Positions 43,320 to 54,076 are shown, counted from the stretch's first letter. The stretch: 64,000 nucleotides of DNA from Candidatus Methanomethylicia archaeon (GCA_038845975.1 JAWBQF010000001.1:112339-176338); one strand, 5' to 3'. Numbers and translations are program-made. The notes: generated by a model from the letters alone, not told the origin.

Positions 43320-45200
43320 TTAAAGAACACTTAATTCTGACAATTTAAGCTCTCTAATTTTCTCCATGGTTGGTAAGCCATCATCAATACTCCATCCTCT
43401 TTCATGATAGTACTGATTAATAATATTCTCAAAATCATCTCTACTAACTACTCTCTTCTTAAAGTAATCCATTAAATATACTTCCTGACCATTAAGCATT
43501 AATGGTTCAAACCATCTTTCAGGATACTTATCCCTTCCAATCCCTTCTCTATAGTTTATTAATCTCTCTAAAGCATGAATACGATCAGCAGCTATCTTTA
43601 AATTTATAGGTTGAATTTGAATACCTGTTACATAGGTATAGAGTTTAGCGCAAACATCTATATCGTAGAGAAGAGCAATGCTCTCTCTTCTGCATAGACC
43701 TAGACTATTCAATATGTAAAGCCAATCCTCAACATGCTTAGTATATAGCGCTATGTTGAAAACTCCACTCTTAAAAACTCTCTCTACATCATTATCTGAA
43801 CAGCCTATTCTTAAAAGATAGCTTCTAAGAGTCTCTTCTCTTCTACCTGAAATTACTGTTAGCTGTACAGGACCTTCATGCCCTCTAGGATTGGTTACAT
43901 GCCCAAATGATTCAGCATTAAAGTTTGATCTTGGATCAAAAATTATTGATAATCCCTTACAGTTTGGAGCGTATTTCTCAAGCTCTAAACCAAACCTCTC
44001 AAATAAACCTCTCCAACCCTTCATCTTAACATAGCTACATATACCTTTACATTTCAACATGTATTCTATAAGCTTCTCCATAGATTCAACATTTAACTTA
44101 GGCTTAAAGCCTATATCTTCAGTAGATATTATGTTACGCTCATAAACTTCAACAAGAAACTCTAGAAATGGGGTTAGATTTAAACAATCAAGTCCATGTC
44201 TTGTAGCTTCATAGAGTAGTTTTACACCAGTATTTAGACTACAATCATTAAGTCTAAATGTGAAGGCAATAGCTATGTTTAAGGGTTCAGGTAAAGGCTT
44301 TAACTCACCATTAATTCTAAAAACACCTTTACATGGACCTGGACATTTTGAACAACCTAAACTTCTAGCTTTAATCTTTAAGTATTCATTTAAATTGTTT
44401 CTAAATCTACTATGAATATTCCTATAGTTGTTGTATACTAGCATTCTTGAATTAGCCCAATTCTCAATTCCAACCATCATGCCATACTTTGCGATACCTC
44501 TTAAAATATGAGAGAATCTTTTAGCTCTCTCCATAATCCTGCCTAAAACATCTTTAACCCCTTCAGGATTAGCTATCTCCACCCTACAGCTACCATATAT
44601 AACAATTGCTTTAAGCTTCTTCACACCCATAACAGCTGCTAATCCACCCCTCCCTAAATGGGAAATATTATCTATTAAACATATAGACCATGATATAAGC
44701 TTCTCACCAGCTTCCCCAATACTAAGTACACTAGAGCCATGATGTATTCTCCTTAATTTATCCACTGTTTCATATGCATCAAGCCCCCATAGACTTGATG
44801 CATTGTTTACCCTTACATCCTTATCAGATACTTCAATGTAAACAGGCTTATCAGAAGCTCCTTTAATTACAATATGATCGTAACCAGCTTTCTTCAATGC
44901 ACTAGCTAATCCACCTCCACCACTACATGTAGCTATAGTTCCTGTTGCTGGAAGCTTAGTAGTAGCCATAGCCTTAACAGCTCCAACAACACCAGTACCA
45001 ACTAGTGGACCTGCACCCAAAACAATAGGGTTTTCAGAGCTTAATGGATTAGTTCCTGGCTTTAAATAGTTAAGAATAAGCCTCGTGTTTAAACCTAAAC
45101 CACCAATAAACATTTCAGCTAAATCCGTAGACAAAGAAAACTCATGAATAACATCATTATCTAAATCAATCTCAAGAATCTTACCAGAATATCCAAACAT
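43320..45200 (-). CDS. aldehyde:ferredoxin oxidoreductase family (W/Mo-pterin)
   Basis: MFGYSGKILEIDL, GRGGLAAVMG.KKLKAI, CxxCxxxC, GLD, YY.ERGW. Confidence 0.92.
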   Translation of the reverse strand: MFGYSGKILEIDLDNDVIHEFSLSTDLAEMFIGGLGLNTRLILNYLKPGTNPLSSENPIVLGAGPLVGTGVVGAVKAMATTKLPATGTIATCSGGGGLASALKKAGYDHIVIKGASDKPVYIEVSDKDVRVNNASSLWGLDAYETVDKLRRIHHGSSVLSIGEAGEKLISWSICLIDNISHLGRGGLAAVMGVKKLKAIVIYGSCRVEIANPEGVKDVLGRIMERAKRFSHILRGIAKYGMMVGIENWANSRMLVYNNYRNIHSRFRNNLNEYLKIKARSLGCSKCPGPCKGVFRINGELKPLPEPLNIAIAFTFRLNDCSLNTGVKLLYEATRHGLDCLNLTPFLEFLVEVYERNIISTEDIGFKPKLNVESMEKLIEYMLKCKGICSYVKMKGWRGLFERFGLELEKYAPNCKGLSIIFDPRSNFNAESFGHVTNPRGHEGPVQLTVISGRREETLRSYLLRIGCSDNDVERVFKSGVFNIALYTKHVEDWLYILNSLGLCRRESIALLYDIDVCAKLYTYVTGIQIQPINLKIAADRIHALERLINYREGIGRDKYPERWFEPLMLNGQEVYLMDYFKKRVVSRDDFENIINQYYHERGWSIDDGLPTMEKIRELKLSELSVL

Positions 45201-45429
45201 GAATTACCATACTTAAACACAATATTTAAACATTGCTTAAATAGTATTAGCCAGTCTGTTTAGGCTTTATGAGTTTCGAATGTGGAAACATATGTAACTA
45301 ATCACTTAAGTATATCGCCATAAACAGTAGAATTTTTCTCATTATGAACTAAAAGGTTTATTATAGGTAAAGCTAAATAGAACTCATAAAAGCCTCTTGA
45401 CTTAGCGAAAAGTTTTTATTTATATCGAT

Positions 45430-46266
45430 TTGCTTAGCTTTATGAACATAAATCCCTTAATACAGGAGTTTATGACTAGAAGAGTTATATATACCTACCC
45501 TGAAAGTTCAATACTTGATGTTCGTAATCTTATGATTAGGCATAGAATATCAAGAGTTGTTATAGTTGAAAATAAGAAGCCTATAGGTATAGTAACTCAA
45601 AGAGATCTATTAAGATTCATTGCTGAAAACCCTAGTGTAGATGTAAGTGATGCTAAAGTTACTGAGGCTATGTCTGGAAGGCTAATAACAGCTAAACCAA
45701 CAGATACTGTAAGCTATGCTGCTAAGCTTATGATTAGCAATGGTATTAGCTCAATAGTTATTGTATGTGATGAAGAACTTAATGGAATAATAACAAAGTT
45801 TGATCTATGTATATGCTGTATGGAGAGATTTAAAGGGTTTTTTAAGGTAAGAGAATACATGACGCCAAACCCAGTAACCGTTAGGCCAACATTAAGTATA
45901 TTTGAAATTGTCAATATAATGAGTTCTAAAGGAATTGGAAGAGTAATTGTTGTTGAAAACGGGAAGCCTATTGGGATAATAACGTTAAGTGACCTAATAT
46001 CAGTAATACCTGACATTTTAAGCATAAAAGTAGATTATAAAAGGGAATTTAGAAGGATAAGAACATCAGGAATATGGCTGCTTGTAGCCAGTGACATCAT
46101 GACTCCAAACCCTATTACTATCCATGAAGATGGAGATATAGCTGAAGCTTCTCATCTCATGGTTAAGCATAATATAAGCGGATTACCTGTAGCTAGTAGA
46201 GAACTATTAATAGGAATTATCACTAAGACTGATATTACAAGAGCTATTGCTAACATTACAATCTAA
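45430..46266 (+). CDS. CBS-domain protein (4 CBS)
   Basis: Four repeats ending GIVT/GIIT.xD. Confidence 0.92.
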   Translation: MLSFMNINPLIQEFMTRRVIYTYPESSILDVRNLMIRHRISRVVIVENKKPIGIVTQRDLLRFIAENPSVDVSDAKVTEAMSGRLITAKPTDTVSYAAKLMISNGISSIVIVCDEELNGIITKFDLCICCMERFKGFFKVREYMTPNPVTVRPTLSIFEIVNIMSSKGIGRVIVVENGKPIGIITLSDLISVIPDILSIKVDYKREFRRIRTSGIWLLVASDIMTPNPITIHEDGDIAEASHLMVKHNISGLPVASRELLIGIITKTDITRAIANITI

Positions 46267-46454
46267 CATATACACAATAGCTTTTAAGACTTTTCCATAA
46301 ATAGAATCAAAGCTTAATTCATCAGTAATGATTTCAATACATGTACTCTAACTATGTTAGCTCAACTCTAAATTTAGCATATAGCTAATTTTACATGCTG
46401 GAACCATATTTATAAGGTTAAATATTCATTATCCGTTGGATAATTGATACTCAA

Positions 46455-46565
46455 TTATCCAATGGAACCTTATTCCTCTCAAAAACTCCAAGATCCCTGC
46501 AAACCCCTAATACCAACATAAAACAATAACAATAGAACTTATATAACTTCTAAGTTGCCACGTCC
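46455..46565 (-). mobile_element. IS6-type family B left-end fragment
   Basis: Reverse complement GGACGTGGCAACTTAGAAGTTATATAAGTT...AAGGTTCCATT matches the starts at 58412 and 63118. Confidence 0.75.
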
Positions 46566-46643
46566 AGCTCTAAAATGGAAAAATTTATATATGTCATAAA
46601 AATAATATTTTTTACCAGAAGTTTTATTTAGGAGGTGAAGTGC

Positions 46644-46787
46644 TTGAGCTATTATGTATGTCCAAACTGCGGTATGAAGATGAAGAGCTATTGGAAACTG
46701 AGGAAACATATTATGGAGGAGCGCAGCAAGTCGGAGAAAGTAAGTAAAGATATGCAGCAAATTCCAGCTATCGTTAAGCAGAAATAG
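46644..46787 (+). CDS. small C2H2-like zinc-finger protein (47 aa), not in ORF track
   Basis: SD GGAGGTGA at 46631-46638, TTG start, MSYYVCPNCGMKMKSYWKLRKHIMEERSK...QK*. Confidence 0.7.
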   Translation: MSYYVCPNCGMKMKSYWKLRKHIMEERSKSEKVSKDMQQIPAIVKQK

Positions 46788-46790
46788 ATG

Positions 46791-47654
46791 TTAATTTATA
46801 GGTTGATAGAGCCTTATAATATATGATCCTAATGGAATTTTAAAGTAGTCAGCAATAACACTACATTTAGCCTTAAGAATAGTTAAAACATCTATCTTAA
46901 AGCTATTCATATTAAGTATGTAGGCCTCAAAGTTTAGTAGTCCCTTACTAATAATTAGGTCTACATCGGGTAAACTATTACGTGAAATAAATATAGGGTA
47001 CTCTTTAAGCTCAAATACACGGCTTAAATCCCCGCCTATTCTAGCAAAATCGTTAAGCGTTATATCCGTTTCATGAGGAGGCTTTACAGCAAATAATATG
47101 TTTATTCCTCTTACTCTAAGATTCTCGGATAGAAGTAAGTCAAATAGAGCCTCCCCTGCATTGTCTAGAAGGTAAAGAATATACCTATATTTACCACTTT
47201 CTAAAGCGTTAATAAACCTATCCATATCATTCAATGCAATTTTTAGATTTTTAACATCATCTTCAAGCATTTTATAGTTTAGATTATAGCCTAATACAAG
47301 AGGGTCTAAACCATTACCATAAGCTGCTAATGCTAATAAATGTTTAAGATTTTGAATCGAGTCATCATATGGATTGATTCCTAAATAACTTATAATTTTG
47401 CTAGAGAATGTAATCTGTTCATCTTTATCCTTCATAAAGGGATCGTTGATACCTGATTCTTTTTTAAGCATTTTATGGATTTCAACATTGGCTTTAGGTG
47501 GATTAAAATCATCAATATTTTCAATTATATATTTTAAAACAATTCTTGATAAGTATAGCTTAAAGGATCTGGGTTTATTGATTCTTCTAATAAACTCAAA
47601 TCCAGATGCTAGATTACATAAAATACATTTAGAGCCTCCAAATATGGAATTCAT
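46791..47654 (-). CDS. DUF89/ARMT1-like damage-control phosphatase
   Basis: CILC, DPF..K, AAYGN.LD, DNAGE..FD, SKG..NFE, KAKC. Confidence 0.85.
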   Translation of the reverse strand: MNSIFGGSKCILCNLASGFEFIRRINKPRSFKLYLSRIVLKYIIENIDDFNPPKANVEIHKMLKKESGINDPFMKDKDEQITFSSKIISYLGINPYDDSIQNLKHLLALAAYGNGLDPLVLGYNLNYKMLEDDVKNLKIALNDMDRFINALESGKYRYILYLLDNAGEALFDLLLSENLRVRGINILFAVKPPHETDITLNDFARIGGDLSRVFELKEYPIFISRNSLPDVDLIISKGLLNFEAYILNMNSFKIDVLTILKAKCSVIADYFKIPLGSYIIRLYQPIN

Positions 47655-48433
47655 GTAAAGACCACTCTCCTAGTTCTATTTCTATACCTAACTTCAACCT
47701 CTATGTATTGCTGTATACCTGAAGTCCTTATCTTCCTTCCCATGACATGCTCAACCTGAAATATTCCTGCAGGATTCTTTGTTTTAACAACTATCTTTAC
47801 AGGCTTATCTTCACCCCGCTCAATTATAACTCTTTCAATAGCTAATGCTGATAGCGCATGTATTGATTCTCCACCATGTCTATAAGGTATTCTAGCTCTA
47901 CCACCAGCCATATCTACACCATCACCTACCTTAGATACACCAGCTTCAATAGTTAGTGCTTGAACATCATCGTCATGAGCGTAGATTATATGCAGAATCT
48001 CCTGTCTAATCCTTACAAGTTCAAATGTTAAATCAGTACCATAAATCTTAGGAAGTAAACGATTCAATATACTTACTGCAAGATATACTCCATGAGTACT
48101 ATGGTTAACTCTATGAATGGCATTTCCAATATCATGAAGATATGATCCAAGCATAACTACAAGTTCAGCATCATTCATAGAGCCAACGCCATCTCTAACA
48201 ATACTTGAACCAATAGTATTACCTAACAACTTAAAAATCTCTAAGGAGCTTCCAGCAACAATTCTAGCATGAACAGGACCATGATCATTATAGCCAAGTC
48301 TCTTAACAGCAAAAACATTAGACATTTGAAGTAGAGACTGTACCTCAATATCAGACTCAACAGCTTCAAAACCTCTAGCTACTAGACTATTATTGAAGTG
48401 AAGTCTTATTAGTCCAGGACCTACAATAACCAT
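47651..48433 (-). CDS. HD-domain phosphohydrolase
   Basis: RLGYNDHGPVH, YLHDIGN.IHR, GDG.DM.GGRAR, IHALSA. Confidence 0.88.
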   Translation of the reverse strand: MVIVGPGLIRLHFNNSLVARGFEAVESDIEVQSLLQMSNVFAVKRLGYNDHGPVHARIVAGSSLEIFKLLGNTIGSSIVRDGVGSMNDAELVVMLGSYLHDIGNAIHRVNHSTHGVYLAVSILNRLLPKIYGTDLTFELVRIRQEILHIIYAHDDDVQALTIEAGVSKVGDGVDMAGGRARIPYRHGGESIHALSALAIERVIIERGEDKPVKIVVKTKNPAGIFQVEHVMGRKIRTSGIQQYIEVEVRYRNRTRRVVFT

Positions 48434-48985
48434 AACTATACCTTCAAATCCTAATATATATAACTTTTATATTCAGACTTTGTGGATTTTGATGTGAAAG
48501 TATAAGTAGTTGATAGTTTAAGTCAAAGCATTGTTTTCAGAAATGTATGTTTAAACTTTAAAAGTATTCCGCTTAAGTTGTGGAGCAATATGAATTTCTG
48601 AGAAGTGTTTAGATCAGGATTTTATGTATTACTGGATAGCTTACTGAAGTATTTAAAATCCTCCCTACCATATTTGTCGGGTCTGGATGTATATTTGTTG
48701 AAGTTATTGTTAAGGCTATGTATGTAGTAGGTGTTATAGCGGATATATCTGGATTATGAGTTAAGAAAATATAAATATTCTACATTTACTTGCTATTACA
48801 ACTTGAAGAGCATAGTATTCTCAAGTCCTGGGTTAAGGTATGAAATAAAATCTTAGACTCAGGAAAATTATAAAGTGTTCGTTCAGAATCCTAAGAGGGG
48901 ATTAAAACAAATAGCTAGAAACTCTTACCATAAGTTAAATTTTACAGTATTGAAAGGCATTATAGAAATAATTTAATATATTGAA

Positions 48986-49318
48986 GTGTTTACTAAAGTT
49001 ATGGAATTTGAGTCTTTAAGAGAGAAAATTATCAAGCTACTTAGAGGATGTGAGGAACCTTTAAGCGTTGACGATATACTATACTACTTTGAGTTGGCTC
49101 CCTCACGTAGAAGTGAAGTCTATGATCATCTCTTACATATAGCTAAAACTATTAGACAACAATCTAAAGATTCTGAAAACCTTGTAATGATACCGCCTAA
49201 ATGTAAGGTATGTGGCTACATATTTAAGGATCTGGATAAGCCTAGAAAACCTAGTAAATGTCCTAAATGTAAAAGCGAAAGAATAGAAAATCCTAGATTC
49301 AAAATTATTAAGACATAA
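48986..49318 (+). CDS. predicted transcriptional regulator (wHTH plus Zn ribbon)
   Basis: VYDHL.HIAKT, PPKCKVCGY..KPSKCPKCKSERI. Confidence 0.85.
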   Translation: MFTKVMEFESLREKIIKLLRGCEEPLSVDDILYYFELAPSRRSEVYDHLLHIAKTIRQQSKDSENLVMIPPKCKVCGYIFKDLDKPRKPSKCPKCKSERIENPRFKIIKT

Positions 49319-49403
49319 TGGACACATCTATAAATAGTGCTTAAAAAATCCAGCTTTAGCTAGAGATCCATAAAACTTAACTTCATTAAATGAGTTAAAT
49401 CCT

Positions 49404-50100
49404 GGCTTTGTTTTGAAGTTTTTTCTTCCTTATTTATTGTGTTAGTATGTTTAAATTTATTAGGTTTGTTTGGGAGCAGCCTCCATTTATTCTATTTGTT
49501 TATGGTGTCTAAATATCTTCATTCATGTTCATCTAAATGTTTTGGTCATTCTAAGTTTTATTGTTGTTAGGTTATGTATTTATATTATCGTAGTTTAGAT
49601 CTTTAAGCTATTTGAATTCGATAGAAGGGATGTTAGGATTGTTATGGTTTATGATACTATTATCAGTAGGTTCTATGAGGAAGATTATTATGTTTCTTTT
49701 GAGCCATTATTGAGATGAATTCTCTACATATGGTTTTGATGATGTAGATACTTTACATAATCATTCCTTAGAAGATTAAAGTTCTTTACTGCTTTAACAT
49801 AATTGTATTAAGTGATGGGGTTCATCATTATAAAGCATCATGTAGAATGTTGATTTAAACATGATATAGTTTAGAGGTTAGAAACTTAATGGAGAGGATA
49901 ATACAATACATTAGAATAGAACTAGATTATTCGATAATTATATACCATGCATGAAGGATAGATGTGATAGTGAACATGTATTCATGCTTATTAAATCAAT
50001 AGTATAGCTAAAAAACATGGATAAGAAGATAAAAGCTAAGAATTCATAGAAGATACAATACCAAAATAGAGGTAATAAACATGCTTAAGTTAACAAAGCC
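49404..50100 (+). mobile_element. decayed IS6-type element, family A copy 3
   Basis: GGCTTTGTT ... AAGTTAACAAAGCC; colinear with copies 1 and 2. Confidence 0.85.
49626..49764. repeat. left arm of perfect 139-bp inverted repeat (partner 52320-52458)
   Basis: Base-by-base manual comparison with the reverse complement found no mismatch. Confidence 0.9.
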
Positions 50101-50125
50101 TCTCTACTGATTTAAACCTTATTTT

Positions 50126-51081
50126 GGTTCTGTCCGGATAAGAAATGAGCTGGTAAATTGATATTATGGATGTATTAGCTTAATTATTAGATTTGGGGTT
50201 CTTCCCGGATAAGATATAGGTTGAGAATAAGTTTAATCTTTTCCTGTTTTGTTTCTTTCCTAAAATATTGTTGCTATTCTTATCTTAAAGTTTAATATTT
50301 TAGTCATCTCTTGCTTTTTAAAATTTAATGTTAAATATGATGATATGATAATAAGTCATCTCTTGCTTTCCTTGCCTAGAAAGTCGTAGTAGAACTTAAA
50401 GCTCTTAGAAGCTGTTAGATGCCTTAAAGCTAGGCTTTGTTCACTCCCACTTAGCTTTCTAAAAGTATTCCTTAAGTTAACGTTGATGTTATGGAGGAAT
50501 ATGCCTGTGCGATGCTTCATGTAGGCAAAAACCCTTTCCACCAAGCTTCTTCTCCATGTTTTGATGCTCCTGCTCTAATCCTAGCTGCTCAACCCCTTCC
50601 TCAAGCCAACCCGCCCTATCCCTTATTATCCTCGGCTTGTTTAGGCATTTATTAAGCACTCCTTGAAGGAAAAGCCTAGTTGCTAAAGAACTCCTAGCAT
50701 GTCCTTATCTCTACAAGCTCCTAGTATCAACATCTATGGAAGCATAAACCCAAAACTTCTTACCCTTAAGCTTAATGCAAGTTTTATCTATAGCTATGGT
50801 TAAATGCTTCTTTGATTTCTCCCATTCTTTAGCTTCCAAAATAGCTCTAAACCTCAAGCACCACTCGTTTATGCTTGATTTACTGGCAAATTCCAAAAGC
50901 TCAAGAAGCCTAGAAGCTTTCCTACAAGAGCACAGTATCAACCATAGTAGAAAAGCCTTCACCTTCAGCTCAATCGGCTTTTTATTACGCTTAAAGATAT
51001 AAGCTCCTAGCCCAATCTATTAACTGGGCTGAAACCTCCATAATATTAATTACCCAGCCCAACTTTTATCCGGACAGAACC
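50126..51081 (-). mobile_element. IS6-family element (family C) with frameshifted transposase
   Basis: Perfect 16-bp TIR GGTTCTGTCCGGATAA; 8-bp TSD CTTATTTT (50118-50125, 51082-51089); IAIDKT..FWVYASID, VERVFAYMKHRT. Confidence 0.92.
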
Positions 51082-51127
51082 CTTATTTTAAGCGTAATCC
51101 TTAAATAGTCTATATTTAAACCCCTTT

Positions 51128-51652
51128 ATGGCTTATAGCTACTCTAGAGGCTATACATCATCCTCAAATAGTATATGTCCATGGGTTCCTACAAGCAGTG
51201 AACTTATTGAAAATATAGCTAAGATTGCTATGCTTAGACCTGGTGATGTACTCTATGATCTTGGATGTGGTGACGGTAGAGTTATTATTGAGTTAGCTAA
51301 AAAATACAGTATTAAATGTGTAGGAATTGAAATTAGAAGGGATCTTGTTAATGATGCTTTAAAATCTATTGAGAAAAACAGTCTTAAAAACAGGGTTAAA
51401 ATAATATGTGGTGACATGTTTAAGATACCAATAAGTGAGGCGACAGTAGTTTACATGTATCTCTTAACAAGCGTTAATGAAAGACTAAAGCCAAAACTTG
51501 AATTAGAGCTTAAGCCATACACGAGAATAGTAACTCTAGATTTTAAAATACCTGGCTGGAAACCTATATCTACACTAAACAATGGAAGAATGTGGCAGAG
51601 TACACTTTACCTATATATAAAGGGCATATCTAATAAGTATGCCAATTTATAG
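51128..51652 (+). CDS. SAM-dependent methyltransferase, archaeal protein lysine methyltransferase (aKMT)-like
   Basis: PWVPT, YDLGCGDGR, YMYLLTSVNERLKPKLE.ELKP..RIVT..F.I.GW. Confidence 0.8.
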   Translation: MAYSYSRGYTSSSNSICPWVPTSSELIENIAKIAMLRPGDVLYDLGCGDGRVIIELAKKYSIKCVGIEIRRDLVNDALKSIEKNSLKNRVKIICGDMFKIPISEATVVYMYLLTSVNERLKPKLELELKPYTRIVTLDFKIPGWKPISTLNNGRMWQSTLYLYIKGISNKYANL

Positions 51653-51869
51653 CAAATCTTTCATTTACCATGAAATAATCTGAATTAAACTATCTTAACA
51701 ATATAGATCCTAACCAAATTATCATATTGAAATATTTCATTATCAACATGATACTCCAGTAATTTGTTTAAATTTTGCTATAGTGAACTAATAAATGTTT
51801 AATATAATTAATTCATCATAGAAGCTTAATGTAAGTTAATAATTGATTTTATGAAAGTTAAGTATTATG

Positions 51870-52060
51870 ACTGCTTTTTAATAGCTTTTTCATAATCTCA
51901 TACAGCTTTCAAATACTTGAATAGGGTCTTCATTTATAAGTCTTTTACCCTTCTCCAAGAGATTCTTAGCTAATCCCATATGTATTTCTTTTCCCCCTAG
52001 GATCTAAGTTTAAGTATTTTAAGTAATACATTTATTACGATGCTAGATAGGTTAAAGCCA
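51870..52060 (-). pseudogene. PaREP1-family relic (approximate ends)
   Basis: Fragments LDP..EIHMGLAKNLLEKGKRLINEDPIQV.E.LY with frameshifts. Confidence 0.6.
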
Positions 52061-52319
52061 CATTACGGAGTACTTCTAGAAGACTTTTGAGTATTTAAAC
52101 CGTTAAACTCGTAGGGATTTAATTCAACATCCACTTATAAATACTTAAACTATTCTTTATAGTTCCTGTATAATAATCATTAATATTCCAGGTGATTTTA
52201 TTAGTTTATGCATAACTATATCTACAGCATACCCCAATCTCTCTAAGCTATGTACACCTACTACTACTTTATCTTTAACCTTCTAAGCAACTCTTTTACT
52301 TGATTATGTAAAGCTTTAC

Positions 52320-52710
52320 ATGATTATGTAAAGTATCTACATCATCAAAACCATATGTAGAGAATTCATCTCAATAATGGCTCAAAAGAAACATAATAAT
52401 CTTCCTCATAGAACCTACTGATAATAGTATCATAAACCATAACAATCCTAACATCCCTATCAAACCTAATAGAAACTTAAAGATAAACCATAATATAGAT
52501 ATAATCCTACAATAATAAGCTTAGAATATCTGAAGTATCTAGATGAGACGTGGTAACTTAGCATATTGTAGCTTTCTTCTTAAGTTGCCAGGTCCTCTAG
52601 ATGAACCGAAATATATAAGAAGTTAGAGTAAATGGAGCTCTCTAACAGTTTTAACCATACTACTATAAATAGGAGGAGACTCCTAAATAAAGCTAAAGTT
52701 CACAAAGTCC
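52320..52710 (-). mobile_element. IS6-type family A copy 4 (5' half only)
   Basis: TIR-like AAGTTCACAAAGTCC ending 52710; homologous to about 14970-15320; includes the right arm of the 139-bp IR. Confidence 0.8.
52546..52595. mobile_element. 50-bp mini-MITE with IS6 family B-like TIRs
   Basis: AGACGTGGTAACTTA ... TAAGTTGCCAGGTCC flanked by TCTAGATG direct repeats; absent at this position in copy A1. Confidence 0.8.
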
Positions 52711-52756
52711 TTTAGGGCTTAGGTAAATATATATGATGCTTTAATTATTAGCTTTT

Positions 52757-53524
52757 ATGAAAGCCTTCCATGATTCCTATAGGTTTGGAGTTTTCGATAT
52801 TGATGGTATTAAGTTTCCAAGAGTTCTCTTAGGTTCTTCACCGTTTATAGGTGCAGGTCAGTTCGGTGATCGGGCTTATAGGTACTATGAGAGCTTCTAT
52901 GAAAAGCCTGAAAACATCACTCAAACAGTTATTGAATGTATAATGAATGGATGTAATGCTGTTCACGTTATAGCGTATCCCGTAGTTGTTAGAGCTATTG
53001 GTAAGGCAATGAAGGAAACAGGTATTGAATGTTTTGTTTTCGGTACTGTTGGTATTAGGGATGTTAGAAGGGAAACTGAGGATCTTCTTGGAATAGGTGC
53101 TAAATGCATTGTTACTCATGCGGCTATGACTGATTGGAATCTTGCAAGAGCTAGTAGAGTACTGGATATTATTCAGTCTATGGATTCATCACTAATTACT
53201 GGTATAGCAACTCATAATCTACTAGCTATTTCTAGAAGTGTTTTAGAGTATGACAATATTAGAGTTATTCTATTACCGCTGAATAAGATTGGTGAATTTA
53301 TAAATGCAAATATTGAAGATGCACTAGAGGCTGTAAGAGTTTTAAGAGTGAATAATGTAAGAGTTATTGCTATGAAGCCTTTAGCTGCAGGATTACTAAA
53401 TCCATTTGAAGCTTTTAAATTTTTAAGTGGACATGTTGATGGTGTTACTGTAGGCATGACAAATACTAGAGAGATTAAAGAAACACTACTTGCTGCAAGA
53501 AAGTTTTTCTCAGAGAGCTTGTAG
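52757..53524 (+). CDS. aldo/keto reductase-like TIM-barrel hypothetical protein
   Basis: LLGSSPFIGAGQFG, GIATH, PLNKIG, IAMKPLAAG, VTVGM. Confidence 0.65.
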   Translation: MKAFHDSYRFGVFDIDGIKFPRVLLGSSPFIGAGQFGDRAYRYYESFYEKPENITQTVIECIMNGCNAVHVIAYPVVVRAIGKAMKETGIECFVFGTVGIRDVRRETEDLLGIGAKCIVTHAAMTDWNLARASRVLDIIQSMDSSLITGIATHNLLAISRSVLEYDNIRVILLPLNKIGEFINANIEDALEAVRVLRVNNVRVIAMKPLAAGLLNPFEAFKFLSGHVDGVTVGMTNTREIKETLLAARKFFSESL

Positions 53525-54076
53525 GATTTCAATTAGGCTCTTCGTTATTCTAGCTGTTAAACCCCATATAATAAATTCTTCATAGATATATGCTTCAACA
53601 CGTCTTAACTCCCCACTACTAAGCTTTACCTCAACACTATCAATACTAAGTTTATTTATTGGCGCCCAAAAGTATTCTTGAAGCTCACTTGAAAGCCTCA
53701 CATTTGGTTTAGTTTTAACTAAAGCTACTACGGGTACAACTTCAAGCTCAGGCTCATTCGTAGGATAGAAACTCTCCATCAATCCTACAATATCCAGCTT
53801 ACTAAGTTCTATACCTGTTTCCTCATGTACTTCTCTAATAGCTGTTTCAATAATACTTCTATCCCCCTCTCTACATCTACCACCTGGAAAAGCTACCTGC
53901 CCAGACCATGGATCTAAAGGATTACATACTCTCCTAACATATAGAGCTTCAAAATCCAACCCAGGACCATGAAGAATTACAGCTACAGCCGCTCTCCTAG
54001 AATACGGCTTTACTTTAAACTCCTCAACTGATTTAAGCTTAGATCTTAATCTTAAATGTGCTTCTTTAAAACTCAT
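53510..54076 (-). CDS. Nudix hydrolase, CoA pyrophosphatase type
   Basis: WSGQVAFPGG..ETAIREVHEETG; IWGLTARI. Confidence 0.9.
   Translation of the reverse strand: MSFKEAHLRLRSKLKSVEEFKVKPYSRRAAVAVILHGPGLDFEALYVRRVCNPLDPWSGQVAFPGGRCREGDRSIIETAIREVHEETGIELSKLDIVGLMESFYPTNEPELEVVPVVALVKTKPNVRLSSELQEYFWAPINKLSIDSVEVKLSSGELRRVEAYIYEEFIIWGLTARITKSLIEILQAL

Noticed and set aside
46539-46760. 73-aa minus-strand ORF in the track
   Set aside because: Antisense shadow of the zinc-finger ORF and runs into an IS end.
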